NCBI RefSeq assembly: GCF_030144855.1
Contig: NC_082731.1
Coordinates: forward strand, 23,808,001 to 23,872,000
Source of the DNA: Hypanus sabinus
Lineage: Eukaryota
Direction: 5' to 3'
DNA length: 64,000 nt
Shown here: positions 1 through 13,299 of the stretch, piece after piece
Numbering within the stretch: the first letter of the stretch is position 1
How the letters are laid out: each line of letters begins with the position of its first letter
Translations under genes and position numbers: made by a program
The notes under the pieces: generated by a model
Database searches by the model: none
The model's input: the letters and a program-made list of their open reading frames with translations, nothing else
Told to the model about the DNA's origin: nothing

Positions 1-260
1 GATCAGGAACGATCCCGCCGAAAGCAGAACTGGGGGCGAGGCAGAGCGTAATGTGGATAATGGTGAGTTCCATGTGCAGTTAGCTGAAGGCCCGGAGGAT
101 TAAGTGCCGGACAAGATAAATGCTGATATAGTAGATGCGATAATGTGGAATCGCATCCTTGGTCGGCTCAAGGACAGCTTTGAAGATAAAGGAAGGGAAG
201 CTACTTTCTTTGAAACAGGAGGAAAACTCCTTCGTTATTGATGAAATACTTGAGAGTAGC
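1..260 (-). mobile_element. Degenerate Penelope-like retroelement fragment (RT C-terminus/GIY-YIG linker)
   Basis: Minus-strand translation gives KEFSSCFKESSFPSFIFKAVL and HLILRAFS*LHMELT...SAF(RRDRS), resembling the SEMSSFF.ERGFP...IILRNFRHLQ...SAFRRDRS stretch of fish Penelope-like elements; frameshifted. Confidence 0.45.
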
Positions 261-1149
261 TCCCTAGAATACGTAGAAAATGAGACAACCACATGAAGTT
301 TATAGTCCCGGTAGCTCTGATATATACTGTGTCATAGACACTGTCCGGTGCTCCCGCTGTCGCATCCTGCATATCAGTGAGACAGTACAATGATTGGGAG
401 ACTGTTTCGCCGAGAACCTGTGCCCGTTGGCCAGAAGAAGCAGTGGCCACCTATTATGATTACACTTTGCATTCGCATTCCGATTTGGATATTGACACGA
501 TGAGGCCCCTCTCTGTTTGAGTAACAGCACCTTATATTCCGTCTAATCGGAGGAGATAAACATCAATTTCTCGAGCTTCCTTACTGTTCCCACCCATCTG
601 ATTTTGATGGGCATCAGTAGGTAAGAAGTCTACAGAGACAAAGACAGGGAGATCCAGAAAGCGGAAGCTTGTGACGGAAATCAACCAGGTAAGCCTGAGG
701 GCAGACTGGAATATCTAGACAAACTTCATAAAGTTGACGTGGTCCGCATCGGTGCAGAAAGAAGCACCAATTTAGTCGTACGTGCTGCACGCAAACATTG
801 GGGGACAGATACCGGTGTATGCTTCGATTGTGGAATGATATGCATAGCCGACAAACAGTCAGGGATCACCAGGACCCATGCCTGCGCTCATGGCGACACA
901 TTTTGTTTGATTCACCCTTCGGTCGCTCTATATAAACAACACAAATACTCATGTCTTTACTTATTCCTCCCCTGCCGGTTTAACTTATCAACTTGTGTTT
1001 CTTCCTATCCTAAACTCACAACTTAAGCCAAAGCCTCGTATTTTTTTCATCCATTCCTATTGACGGATCTCAGTTCAATACGTCCACGTACCGTTTTTCA
1101 TTGAGGTTAACTAATCTGCTGCTAACCTCTAGCGGTTTTGCTTTTGTAT

Positions 1150-1430
1150 CCTTAACTGTTCTGGATATCTATTCTATACTCTCCTATGCAGGATTTCTCT
1201 ACGCATAAATTTGATTTTTTCTATTCCGATTTGGACTTTTGCTCTCCAAACCTTGACACTGTCTGTGATGAACATGGTGAAAGGATTCATCTGGACATTA
1301 CGGTCATGGGGAAAGATTATTACCGGCAGTGGGATTCATCAATGCCGGCAGATTATGTTCAATCAATTAAACGAGAACCAGTGGAGGCTGAGTACAGTAA
1401 TAAACGACCGACAAAAAATGTCTAAGGACT
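1150..1430 (+). mobile_element. DNA-transposon transposase C-terminal remnant (HLDFF..NL..VSDEHGERFHQD family)
   Basis: ORF 1186-1425: YSDLDFCSPNLDTVCDEHGERIHLDITVMGKDYYRQWDSSMPADY matches this widespread transposase motif; superfamily not assigned. Confidence 0.5.
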
Positions 1431-1969
1431 TGAACCAATTGGAAAGTTTTAGCACCGTTGTTCAAATAAGTGCATTATATTTAGTAAAAGTTAACTTTTT
1501 TTTTTACAAATACGTACGAAATATATATAGTTAAAAGACTCAATGATATTGACAGAATGAATATAAGGAAACAAAACTTTTGAATACATGCGATATTAAA
1601 AAGCGAGACGTGCGAGCAGCTCCGATGGAAATAATTCAACATTCTCGGTTTTGAGTGGGGCACCTGAAATCCATATCTACCGTCACGGAATGTGCGGCAG
1701 GCAACCACATTTTACTGCCATCTATCTAAACCTATCCTTCTTCAAATTCGAGGAATCCCGAATGGACTCTTGCAACTGGTGCGATTCCCCACTGCGGCAG
1801 TGAAAGAGCGAATAACACGCTGGTGAGAAAGTTGCTTTCAAGAAAAGAGGATTTCTACCCCCAATGGCACACTTTCTACGAGATAAGATGCTTTGCTTGC
1901 TAAATAATTTCTAATACCTCACAGCAAGTTCTCTGCACAAGAGACATTTTGAGACCTGTTTCGTTTATT

Positions 1970-1998
1970 GTGTGTGTGTGTATGTGTGTATGTGTGTG
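1970..1998 (+). repeat. Imperfect (TG)n microsatellite
   Basis: tgtgtgtgtgtgtatgtgtgtatgtgtgtgt read directly. Confidence 0.85.
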
Positions 1999-2029
1999 TT
2001 TTAACTTTGTTTTACTCATAATTGTAACT

Positions 2030-2250
2030 TGCCTCCAATATTGGGTAGATGAGTTTATCAAAGGAAGAGGAGTTACAGTATTTTTTCTGATCATCTGCTT
2101 TCGGTGCACCGACTTAGTGGGAAGTCGCAGTCCAAATTCTACGATCTGGGGCATCCCGCGATCCGTGCCTTCCTTTTGGTATGTCATGGGAATTGTCGGT
2201 CATCATGCTAGTGGCAGTTTAAATACCCCCTCCGCGCAATATTAGCCAGA
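2030..2250 (-). mobile_element. Decayed mariner-derived MITE fragment
   Basis: Minus strand YQKEG...PTKSV...IRK resembles the mariner C-terminal YKEGIRMLHDRWTKCV.VGGDYVEK and the better copy at 19.6-19.9 kb. Confidence 0.3.
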
Positions 2251-3734
2251 CTCCAGGTGACGCATGCAACGTGACCATCAGGCATGAAACCAACGCACCA
2301 TGATTACTTCCACTTCATTTGGTCATAGTCGATATTGAGAATACTTTTAAAATCAGATTCAAAGAAATGTGAAACGTCTGTACTGAGCGATCGGCGCATA
2401 TTGTAGCCAAATCATGAGCATTTTGTGAGCAGCAGGCACTGAGACTATATATTCTCCAACCAGATACAGAGACTATAGTAAACATTACCTGTGAAGATGT
2501 AGTGAAAACAGATGAGACTATGTCATAGGAATATGTGTGGCATCTATGGAGAACGTAGTGCTGGTTACGGAAGCAAAAGGCGCTACATTGATGTCCGAAA
2601 TGTAGAACAATAATATTAGATTGGATTGTATAAATAAAGTGCATTTTACCTGAATAGGCAGACAACATAGCGAGGAAGCCAACGAGAAGCGGGACAACAA
2701 AATCTATGACGAACAAATTTTGCTGCAGAGTCCGAATTCTACGACGTTTCTAGTTCCACGAAAATATTACTGTGTGCGAACCAATGTATTTTATAAAAAC
2801 AATAATTCATACGTCTGATCTAAAACCACAGTCATCGGACTTTTTCAGAGACGGCATTCGCTTCTACTTTCAAATATCTCTATGCTTGCAGCAGGTGCAG
2901 TCTCACGGAAACAGCTGGAACTAGACGCAAACTGAGTTAGATACGATTTACCAGCAATAATTCTGCAGGAAAACGAATTAATGTAATCGCAGATTTTTCA
3001 ATCAGCACCCGGAAAACCAACGCACGATCGAAATTTGCTACCAGTTTGAAATTCATATTTATACTAAAAACATACAGCTACGATTTTTATCTGACACTAC
3101 TTTGCACCCGTCCACTGAGTTCCATTGAAGTATTAGACAGCAAACATGGAAGATTTTGTAAGATTACAAACTTATGCTTGTTCTCCTACATAATCTCCTC
3201 GACAAAGACACACAGATGGTCTCAATCTCATTGGTATATAACATAAAGAATTTGGATATAAACGAGGTGGTCGTAAGTGGGAGCAGAAGCATGCGAATAC
3301 TGCGCCAAATTTATAAAAAAAATCTTTCTTGCTCAGATACCTAGGTAAGCCAGAAACTAAAGATGCAATATTAGAGATTCCTAGAATCTGAAATTCAGTT
3401 CTCCGTTAGTTGATCTGCTGATTGTTATGGGCAGATCAAGAAGATCTTTTAAGTAAAACATAAAGTAAGTTGATCTGGACTGATGCTCAACGCTTACAGG
3501 TATACTATTGCAGTTAAAAGCAAGAATTTGAATTTCAGAGTCGCTACCGATTGAATGGGAAGGTTTAACGCACAGTATGGAATATAAGGAGCAGAGATGG
3601 GTCATTTTTTTTTTTACTAGAGAGCATGTCTGTAAATGATGTGCTCATAATTGTTATCAGCTTCTCAATTTGTTCGCATGCTCACACTTCTGAAGACGCC
3701 ATCTGGAGTCCGTTACTCAAATTGCTGGTATTGG

Positions 3735-3773
3735 AGTTTTTGTACGGATCCACTGCTGGTCTGCTGCACGGTG
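3735..3773 (-). other. 23-RSS of V1
   Basis: Minus strand: CACCGTG (3773-3767), 23-bp spacer cagcagaccagcagtggatccgt, ACAAAAACT (3743-3735). Confidence 0.95.
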
Positions 3774-4206
3774 CTCGTCATTGCGCAGAGATACAAGGCA
3801 GAGTCAGAGACATAGACGCCGGAGATGGTTAAATGTAACGTTTTGCTCGTTCTCTGATAAACAGCCGAAAGCCGATTCGAAGCTTGGGCTGACCGGTCGA
3901 TGGACCCGCTGGGGAATATCTTCACTAAGTATTTCGGCGCTTCTTCGGGAGCTTTCATGTACCAGAAGGCTGTATAACCATCATATGCTTGAGGGTATGT
4001 ACAGGTCATTATTAAAGTTCGTCGTTCTTCAGCAATTAACTCATGCGGATTCTGGTGTATTAAATCAAAGCCAACGGTTCCTGCAAAATATGAAAAAAGA
4101 CTTTCATAATAGAGTAGGTGAATCAAACTGAGAACTAGCATTGAATCAGAGACTCACCTGTAACAGTCCCGATAATTATCAGCAATGGCCAAAGACAAAT
4201 GACCAT
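3774..4206 (-). CDS. TRAV/TRDV: Conventional TCR alpha/delta variable gene segment V1 (leader exon 4206-4158, intron 4157-4081, V exon 4080-3774), open
   Basis: Leader MVICLWPLLIIIGTVT with phase-1 donor GTGAGT; acceptor ttttgcag; V domain GFDLIHQNPHELIAEERRTLIMTCTYPQAYDGYTAFWYMKAPEEAPKYLVKIF...KTLHLTISGVYVSDSALYLCAMT with C23, W41, C104; ends at a 23-RSS. Confidence 0.92.
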
Positions 4207-4423
4207 AGGATTAGTAATAGAACGGAAACAGAATAAAAAATGCATAATGTTTGTGCTTCTAGCGCAAGATAGTATTTTACGATCAGATACAGTTTTCTTT
4301 GTTGTTGATGATGTTTTAGAGACAAGGGTTTTCGAGGTTTGTGATTGGCTAGTCTCTCGGAGGTGACTCTTTCTGGATTTGCCATTACGTGCTCTGACTT
4401 ATACTCCACCCCCATACCCCCAT

Positions 4424-4500
4424 ATCTCTCTCTCTCTCTCCCCCCCCCTCCTTCTGTTTCACTTTCACTCCTTGTCTTTCTCTCTCTCTGTCTCTCGATC
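4424..4500 (+). repeat. CT-rich/pyrimidine microsatellite tract
   Basis: (ct)n runs, C run and ttcac repeats read directly. Confidence 0.75.
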
Positions 4501-7500
4501 TCACCATAACGCCACTGGATTTCTGAGGCAGAAAACGCCAATATCCATTTTCTGCCTCAGACTTTCAACATATGTTTGGTTCATTACCTCTGTCTGCTTA
4601 GTTTTTATTACAATGTACGCACGCAAAATCTGGAGCCGCAGCGAATTCGGCAGCATGTATTGAAAAAAATGTGTAATCGATATTTCAGACTGAGACTTTC
4701 CATCCTGGTAGTAAAGGATTAAAGGCTGCAATGACGCATAGTAATGAGCAGGTGCTGTAGGGTGATAATGGGACACGAGCGAGATCCGGCTGGACTGCAC
4801 AGGAATCTAATCATATAAAATATTGATAGTATAAATAAGGTGACGGTAAAAAGCAAAAAAAAAAAAACAAGAAATCTAATCAGAAAAAAAACAGGGTTCA
4901 TGTAATATAAGGAATTGAGTTGAAAAAGGGAGAACGGCTGTTGAGAAGACCCGGGGGCATAACAATAAGGGATAATGGGAGTGGCGGAAAAATAATGGAA
5001 TGTCTACCAGAAGCAAAAATAAAACCCCTTATTAGTACCGTAAACCTGGATTTTTCTGCTTGAAACGTTTTGTGTGCATCCATAAATATGCATCTAGGTC
5101 GCACGTGCAAGGTAATGCGACGGCAGATTGAAAAAAATTCGAATCTATCGTAAAGGCACATAAGGCGATTCGCTACCAGAATACGTCGGTTGCCGCAGAT
5201 GGAGCAAAGTATGTCGAGTCTTATCTGGGTCAGTATTCAGAGACGAAGATGAGCCTGCATAGGAGAGCAGGAAACCTCTTACTATAAATTATACCGATAG
5301 AAACTCTCATTAAGCTTTGTCTTATCTCGTTAGACTAGTTGTTGTCCTGAATGCTAATAAGGGACGACATTTTAACCGAGGCGTCAACTATAGATCTGCT
5401 GCAGGGATTAGTAGCTACCTGTTACTGGGGGAGTATAAAATGTGCTGGCATCATTGCCTGAGAGGACAATGGACGGAGTGAATACAGGGTGCTGGAATGA
5501 GTTGCAAATTTTAGAAGTTATTTAAAATGATATATCAATTTCACGTCTGTCTATGGTACTGCTGATTATGCCAGCCGTCAATCGGATAAGAACCACCTGA
5601 CAATTCGTGCTGTAAACAGCATGATCATCAGATTTTCTGCTGATAACTACACCATGTACTCATCACATGCTCGGTATTTATTTCGAATATCTCTATCTCC
5701 CCATTAGCGCTTGTCTCTTTACTCTACCGTCCTCTTGGGTTAATCACTTGCTTCCCGAAGGATTTCAGGTTATTCGTATTCCTGCCAATCCAGCAGATAA
5801 AATAATTTTAAAAAATTGGCCTGCTGTACATACCGCATCCAAATTTCTGATATTGTTCCTTAGCAACCCCATTCCCGCCATATCCCTGACCGTCTCTCTT
5901 ATGGAATATGCAAATGGAACGCTTCTCCTGCAATTGAGTCCCTGTTGGTCTGGCTTCTTTCTCCGTCCACTTCTGTGCTGGGACAGAAAAATCCTGGGAC
6001 GGAGCACCGACTAATAATTATCCTTATAAATACTCGCTGTCTCCTTGAGTCGGACAGAATTGTTAGTATTCTTTCAACCTTAAACATTTAGTCTCGTGTC
6101 TTATGTGCTCATTATATTTACTATCCTCCTTTTTTATTGTCTTCCTTTAAGTGGAACAACGCATCATCTATTGATCTGAAGGAATTCATTGTTTAAAGCG
6201 AATTACAAACCTGGACGTTTGAATAAAGAGGCTGATGAGCCATTTTTACTCTCGCATCTGTAGCCGTTTGAATAGTTTCATTTGAATTTTATTTTTTTTC
6301 CTTTCAAAAAGAGGGTATTCAAATGTTTATTTGCAGTTTCGCGAATTGAAACGTGTTAATTCTGGCTTCAACTAACCTGAGCAAATTTGGTACATGAAGG
6401 TACATGTATACAGTATCTTTTTTGCTATTAATAAAATGCGTTCATCAAAAAATTGGAATGAGATAACCAATTTACCAGTTAAAAATAAATAAATGTCGTC
6501 TTAATTTAGCGGAATTGCAGCAAAGATTTAAAACATATGCTTTTGCACAGACAGTGGTCAAAACTGATTATTTGCAATACTTAAAATCCATGAACTCTTT
6601 GCCACAAACTATATTAAAAGTAACTTTCTTACTTCTAACTGTCTAAAAAAGAGAGAACAGACTCAAAACTGTGTGACATGTAACTTTTGCCACAATATTA
6701 CATTTTTGACGAGACACATAATTATTCCGAATACTAGCAAAAGTACTGAGCGGAATCGAGTTATTGCAGCTCAAATGTCATTGCAAGTCAGCCATGAAAT
6801 ATGTGCATTCGCAGTGGGGCGGGCAGAGAAAAGCAAATTCCGGCACGTTGATTAGACGAATGATACTACAAAGGACAGCACATTCGATTGGTTGAATATC
6901 AAATGCTGCCCTCGTAGGAACTCACTTCCGAAATAACTTCTGAAGAACACACTGACGAAAGCACGTGAAGCGATAAAATCTTCTTGCTCTTTACAAAACC
7001 GGTTTAAAAATTTGGTGCTGAGGTTGACTATGAATATTCAGTCCGCACGTCAACATATTAAATCTCCTTCCTCTTTATTATTTACGAAGGTAACAATGTA
7101 AACTAGTTCTGTGTAACGTCTCACAAATAACACAACTATAATTGTCCCAGAAGAGGCATTCTTCAGAGCTTTGAAATTTGTGTTGTGTTACGTTTGTGAC
7201 TTCAAAACATTAACCTAACGAAAAAGGAAAAATTGGAATGCATAAATATGAGTCTAACCTCTGTATTTTTGCTTCTCAGTGGAGACATGCACGTATCATT
7301 TAGTGTCCTGATGACGTGTGTGATGTATGTACTGCTACAGGTAACTCCTAATGTCTTATGTCTTGTACAAACAACAAAGAAAGCATAATTAAACAATAAC
7401 CTTCCAATAATATTCCAACAGCACATATTTTCTTTAAAATCAACACTCCCACATGTTTAGTTGTAAGCTCCAAATCGGCATAGGGTTAATTTTAGCCATC

Positions 7501-7959
7501 AACAAAATATCAACATAATAAAATTGTACATCATACAACTACAAAACAAAATATGCACAGCATGGTAAATTTTAAATTATTTCTTTCGGAACGGTCGTAT
7601 AAAACGCGGCAGAGGTTGTGTTACTCTTGTCGAAACTCAGAAATGTGACTGCACATGTGCTTGTTATTTTTTACCTAAGGCTAGGCGGACACATTTCACT
7701 TGGTGGAGTGATGACATATGGCATTTATATAGTTTTGGAGAAGAATTTTCTAGGAGGTTTCTACGTTTCTCCATCTCTAACAATTGACTCTGCTCTCCTC
7801 AGTTGCTCGTTGTGTCGTCGCCCTATGATACCGATTTATTTTCAAGATTGACAGAAACTGTTCTGCAACACACCGTGGTTAATTTTAACTGACTAAGTAT
7901 ATCGGATTTGCCTGAGAAGAAGCTTTCACAACATCACCAATGTATGAGGCTGTAGCGAA

Positions 7960-9910
7960 GACCATTAAGAAGACGCGGACAAAATCGACACCAGTCTATT
8001 GCCAGGGCAATCCCGTTGGGAGGAACATGTCCTTACCTTTGAAATTAGTTGGCTTATCCATAACCGTCTATTTTTCTAAGCTCCATATACCTATCCAAAA
8101 GTCAGTTTAAAGACACCATCGTATCCGCCTCTACCACCGTTGCGGGTAGTCCATTACATACACTCACAGTACGCTGAGTAAAACACCTACCACTGACATC
8201 TCCTCTGTACCGTTCCACAACATCCTAAACATGTGTTCTCTTGTGGCAACCATTTCAGCCCTAGAGAAAAGCCTCAGAAGATCCATAGGAACAATGCCTT
8301 TCATCATCTTTAACACCTCTATCAGGTCTCCTCGCACCCTTCGTCGCTGCAAGAAGAAAAGGCCAATTGCATTCAAACTATTCCCACAAGGCATGTTTCC
8401 TAATCCACGCAGCGTCCTTGTAAATCCTCTCTGCACCTTTTCTCTGGCTTCCACATGCTTCCTGTAGTGAGGCGATCAGAATTGAACGCAGCACTCGAAA
8501 TGGGGTCCCAACAGTGTCTTATTTAGTGGCAACATTAACTTTTTGCTCCTAGCTTCAATTCTCTGATTGAAGAAGGCCAATAAACAATACGCCATGTTAC
8601 CCACAGAGTAAACCTGCGCACCTACTTTAAGCGTCCGATGGACACGGACTCCAAGACCTTCTGATCCACCACACAGCCAAACGCCTTTCCATTAATACTA
8701 TATTGCACTTTCAAGTTTGACCTACCAAAAGAATACACTTCACATTTATCTGGGTTGAACTCCATCTGCCACTTCTGAGCCCAGTTTTGCATCCTATCAA
8801 GGTCCCGCTGTATCCTCTGAGAGCTCTCCACACTAATCACAGCACCCCCAAGTTTTGTATATTCAGCAATCTTACTAACCCATTCCTCCCCTTCCTCAGT
8901 CAGGTCATTTATACATATCATAATGAGTAAGTGTCACTGAACAGATCCATGAGGCTCTTCACTGGTGACCGACCTCCTTACAACATATGTCCCGTCTACA
9001 ACCAGTCTTTGCTTTCTGTGTCCCAGCCAGTTCTGGATCCACAAAGGTATGCCCCACTGCATCCCGTGACCATTACTTTCTGAATAAGCTTGCATTACAT
9101 CGAGTACCTTTATCAAATGCTTTGCGGAAATCCATACACACATTACACCTTCTGTTCTCCTTCATCAATATGTTTAGTCACATCCTACAAATATTCAGTC
9201 AGGTCGTAATGCACAACCAGCCGTTGAGCTCTGCGGACTATTCCTAATCATATTACACCTCCTCAAATGTGCATAAACCCAGCCTCTCAGAATCTTCTCA
9301 ATCAAATCACCAACCTCTGAATTAAGACTCACTGGCCTATAATTTCCTGTGCTATCTCTAGCAACTTTCTTGAACAAAGGAACAATATTCGCAACCCGCC
9401 AATACTCCGGATCCATTCCCATCCCCTTTGGTGACGCAAACAGAATCGTCATTGACTCAGCAATCTCCTTCCTCGCCTTCCAAAGTAGCATGGGGTACAA
9501 TTCATTCGCTCCAGGAGTCTTATCCAACTCGATGCTTTCGAAAAGCTCCAGCACATGCTCTTTATTAATATCTACATGCTCAAGCTTTCCCGTCTGCTGC
9601 AAGTAATGATTACTAACACCAAGATTATTTTCCATAGTGAATACTGAAGCCAAGTACTCATTAAGTACCGCTGACATTTCTTCCGGTTCCATGCGCTTTT
9701 TCCCACTGTTACGCTTGACAGATGCTATTGTTTCAGGTCTATGCCTCCTGCTCTTCACATATAACCATGGAACAATCACAGCAAGGAAACAAGCCATCTC
9801 GGCCCTCTTAGTCCGTGCCGAACTCCTAATCTCACCTAGTCCCACCTACCCGGACTCTGCCCATAACTCTCCACTCCTATCCTGTCCATATACCTATCCA
9901 ATTTTACCTT
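7960..9910 (-). mobile_element. CR1-type LINE, 5'-truncated and degenerate (RT to 3' end)
   Basis: ORF pieces: TPGANELYPMLLWKARKEIAE...WRVANIVPLFKK..RDSTGNYRPVSLNS, WVSKIAEYTKLGG, QMEFNPDKCEV, RRRVRGDLIEVLKMMKG. Confidence 0.9.
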
Positions 9911-12590
9911 AAATGACACAAATGAACTGGCCTCTACTTCTTCTATAGAAAGTTGATTCCACACAGCTATCACTCTCTGAGTAAACAACAACCCCCTCGT
10001 GTTTCCCTTAAACTTTTGCCCCCTAACTCTCAAATCACGTCCGCACGTTTGAAACTCCCCAACTCTCAGTGGAAACAGCCTATTCACGTCAACTCTATCT
10101 TTCCCTCTCAAAATTTTAAATACCTCGATCAAATCCCCCCTCAACATTCTATGGTCCAATGAATGGAGACCTAACTTGTTCCACCTTTCTCTGTAAATTA
10201 AGTGCTGAAACCCAGGTGACATCCTAGTAAATCGTATTTATCTCTCTCTAATTTATCGATATCTTTCCTATAATTCGGTGCCAGAACTGTACAGAATATT
10301 CTATATTTGGCCTTACCAATGCCTTGTACAATTTCAACAGTACATCCCAACTTCTGTACTCAATGTTCTGATATATAAAGGGCAAAGTTCCAAAAGCTTT
10401 CTTCACCACATGAGACTCCACCTTTAGGGAACTATGCACCGTTATTCCTAGATCTCTCTGTTCCACTGCATTCCTAACTGCCCTACCATTTACCCTTTAT
10501 GTTCTATTTGGATTATTCCTGCCAAAATGTAGAACCTCACACTTCTCAGTATTAAACTCCATCTGCCAACGTTCAGCCCATTCTTCTACCCAGCATAAAT
10601 CTCCGTGCAATCTTTGAAAACCCACCTGATTATCCACAAAACCTCCTACCTTAGTATCATCGGCATACTTACTAATCCAATTTACCACCCCAACAACCAG
10701 ATCATTTATATATATTACAAACAACATTGGGCCCAAAACAGATCCCTGAGGCACCCCGCTAGTCACCGGCCTCCATCCCAATAAACAATTATCCACCACT
10801 ACTCGCTGGCATCTCCCATCTTCCGCTGTTGAATCCAACAATATATTGTAGAATGCCTTAATGTTTCCTTTAATCCTGCCAGCCAAGGCCTTCTCTTGTC
10901 CCATTCTGATTCTCCTAATTTAACTTCTGATGTTCCATTTTGTTCGCCTTTTACTCGTTTAGATTTCCAACAATACCTTGCTCATTTTCAAGCTTTTACT
11001 TTCTTCTTTACGAGACTTATTTCAACCTTTATACACCACGGCTCCCGTACCCTCCGATATCTTCCATCTCACATTGTAACGTAGCTATGCAGAGCTCCAC
11101 ACAAATATTCCGTGAACATTTGCCACATCTCTTCCGTACTTCACCCTGAGAAATTCTGTCCCCAACTTAAGTTTCCATTTTCCTGCCTGATAGCCTCATT
11201 AGTCCCCCTACTCCAATTAAACGCTTTTGTAACACGCCTCTTCCTATCTGCCTGCAATACTTTTGTAAAGCAGATAGAATTATGGTCACTATATCCAAAA
11301 TGCACTCCACTTGAGAGCTTTTACACCTCACCAGGTTCATTTCCCGATACCAAATCAAGTACAGTTTCACCTTCTGTAGGCCTATCTACATATTGTATCA
11401 AGAAACCTTCCTGAACACATCTAACACACCCCACGCATCTAAATCGCTTCTTGATGCGAGACCCCAATCGATACTTGGGGAATGAAAATCTCCCATCAGG
11501 ATAACACTGTTATTATTAGATATTTCCAGGATCTGTTTCCCTATTTGCTCCTTGATATCCCGATTACTATTGGACGCCTATAAAAACAACTAGTAAAGAT
11601 ATCGACCCCATCTTTTTCCTGGCCACCACCCACAGAGACTACGTAAACAATCCGTCCATGGAGTCCATCTTTTCTATAGCCGTGGCGCTATCTCTGATCA
11701 ACAGTGCAACGCGCCCACATGATTTGCCTCCCTCCCTTTCCTTTCATAAACATCGATAACCCGGCACTTGATGTAACTATTCCTCAGTCATCCAAGCCTA
11801 TGTAATGGCCACCACATCATATTTCCAAGTACTGATCTACGCTAATCTGCTTTACTCTCAACAATCCTTGCGTTAAAATGCACACACCTGAAATCTTCGC
11901 TCTGAGCACTTCCCTCATTATCACCGGCCTATCCTCCCTCATACATTTGTCTCCTTGCTTTCTCTATTTCTGAGCCAGCCATTTCTTCCCTAGTCTCTTC
12001 AGATTGCCCCCCCCCCAAACAATTCTAGTTTAACCTCTCCCCAGTAGCTTTAGCATTACACCGCGCAGGATATTGGTCCCCTTGGAATTCAAGTGCAAAC
12101 AGTACTTTTTGTACAGGTCACATCTGCCCCAGCAGAAGTCCCAATGATCCAGAAATATGGATCGCTGCACTTTGCTCCCGTCCTTCAGTCCCGCATTTAT
12201 CCTCCATCTCATTCTATTCCGATACTCATTCTCGCTTGTTTAGGCAGTAATCCCGAGATTACTCCCGATTAAACCGATATTACTCCGAGATTAATCCCGA
12301 GATTACTGCCTTTGAGGTCCTGCTTCTCAACTTCCTCCCTAACCCCCAATAGTCTGTTTTCAGGACAGCTTCTCTTTCCATATCTAAATCGTTGTTACAA
12401 ATACGTACCACAACCTCTGCCTATTCTCCCTCCTACTGCATGATTTCTTGGACGCGTTCTGAAACATCCTGGCACCCGGCAACTGGGACGCTAACTGTCA
12501 ACCGAGTTTCTTTCCTCCGTCCTCAGAATCTCCTGCCTATCCACCTGACTATAGAGTTCCCTATCTCTACTGACTTTCACTTCCATTCCC
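9911..12590 (-). mobile_element. CR1-type LINE, internally deleted (ORF1 esterase-like part, endonuclease, and RT 3' part)
   Basis: FLDHWDFCWGRCDLYKKYCLHLNSKGTNIL (ORF1); VTSGVPQGSVLGPMLFVIYINDL, SKYADDTKVGG, RMLRGDLIEVFKILRG; junction near 10830 joins KGNIKAFYNI directly to CQRVVVD. Confidence 0.88.
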
Positions 12591-13299
12591 TATTCATGTT
12601 GTAGGGTATTTCTTACAATGGCTTACTCCAGAACGAATGCGTTCTGCTGCTGATAATTGCGTTACCGTTAAAGATAAGGACTTCTGACTTTCAAGCGAGG
12701 AATTGTGTGTCATTAAATCAGTTTCTGTTTTTATGTTTCTGCAGAAGAGTACGGAGACGTTTTTCTGACAGACACTGAGGTAAGTCAAAGCGTTCCTCGG
12801 ACCTATTCTTATCGACCCTAGACTTACGGATTCAGTATATGGTGCTTTTCGCACTAGTGAGGCGAGTGGCTGCTAGTCAGCGTTTATTGGAAAACATTTC
12901 TAGATAGGCAAGATTAAAAGTGGTTTGATCCTGGTGGCTGATCCGGGATTAATTCGCTGAATACTGCACAATTCCTCTGTGAAGTCATTGAGTGGTTTCT
13001 GTGTTTAAGACTGTGCTAAACTATTGTCCGGGAAAGTGATTAACTTTCGTGATAATCAACGCCATAGGGGTTAATCTTTGTTGCTATTCTAACTTGTTCG
13101 TCTGAACTAAGGCTGGTGTTCTGAACAAAATGGATATCTGCAGCCCAGATGAATTAAATATTAGAGTTTTAAATTTATTTCTAGTAGCAAGTAGTGATAC
13201 GATCATGGCCAAATGGCGGCAAATATGCCGTTTTAGTCCAGAATGTGAATGACGTTTACCGGAATGGATGTGCATGTCCACTCAGTGGTAACTGGAGAA

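Noticed and set aside
2315-2716. 133-aa minus ORF with a hydrophobic N-terminus, a G|GTAAAA donor and DRSVQTFHI, suggesting a V pseudogene
   Set aside because: Starts at TTG, has no Trp at the W41 spacing, no YxC and no RSS.
4880-6090. Several 60-115-aa ORFs; possible L1 remnant
   Set aside because: Only vague motif similarity; I could not support a family or gene call.
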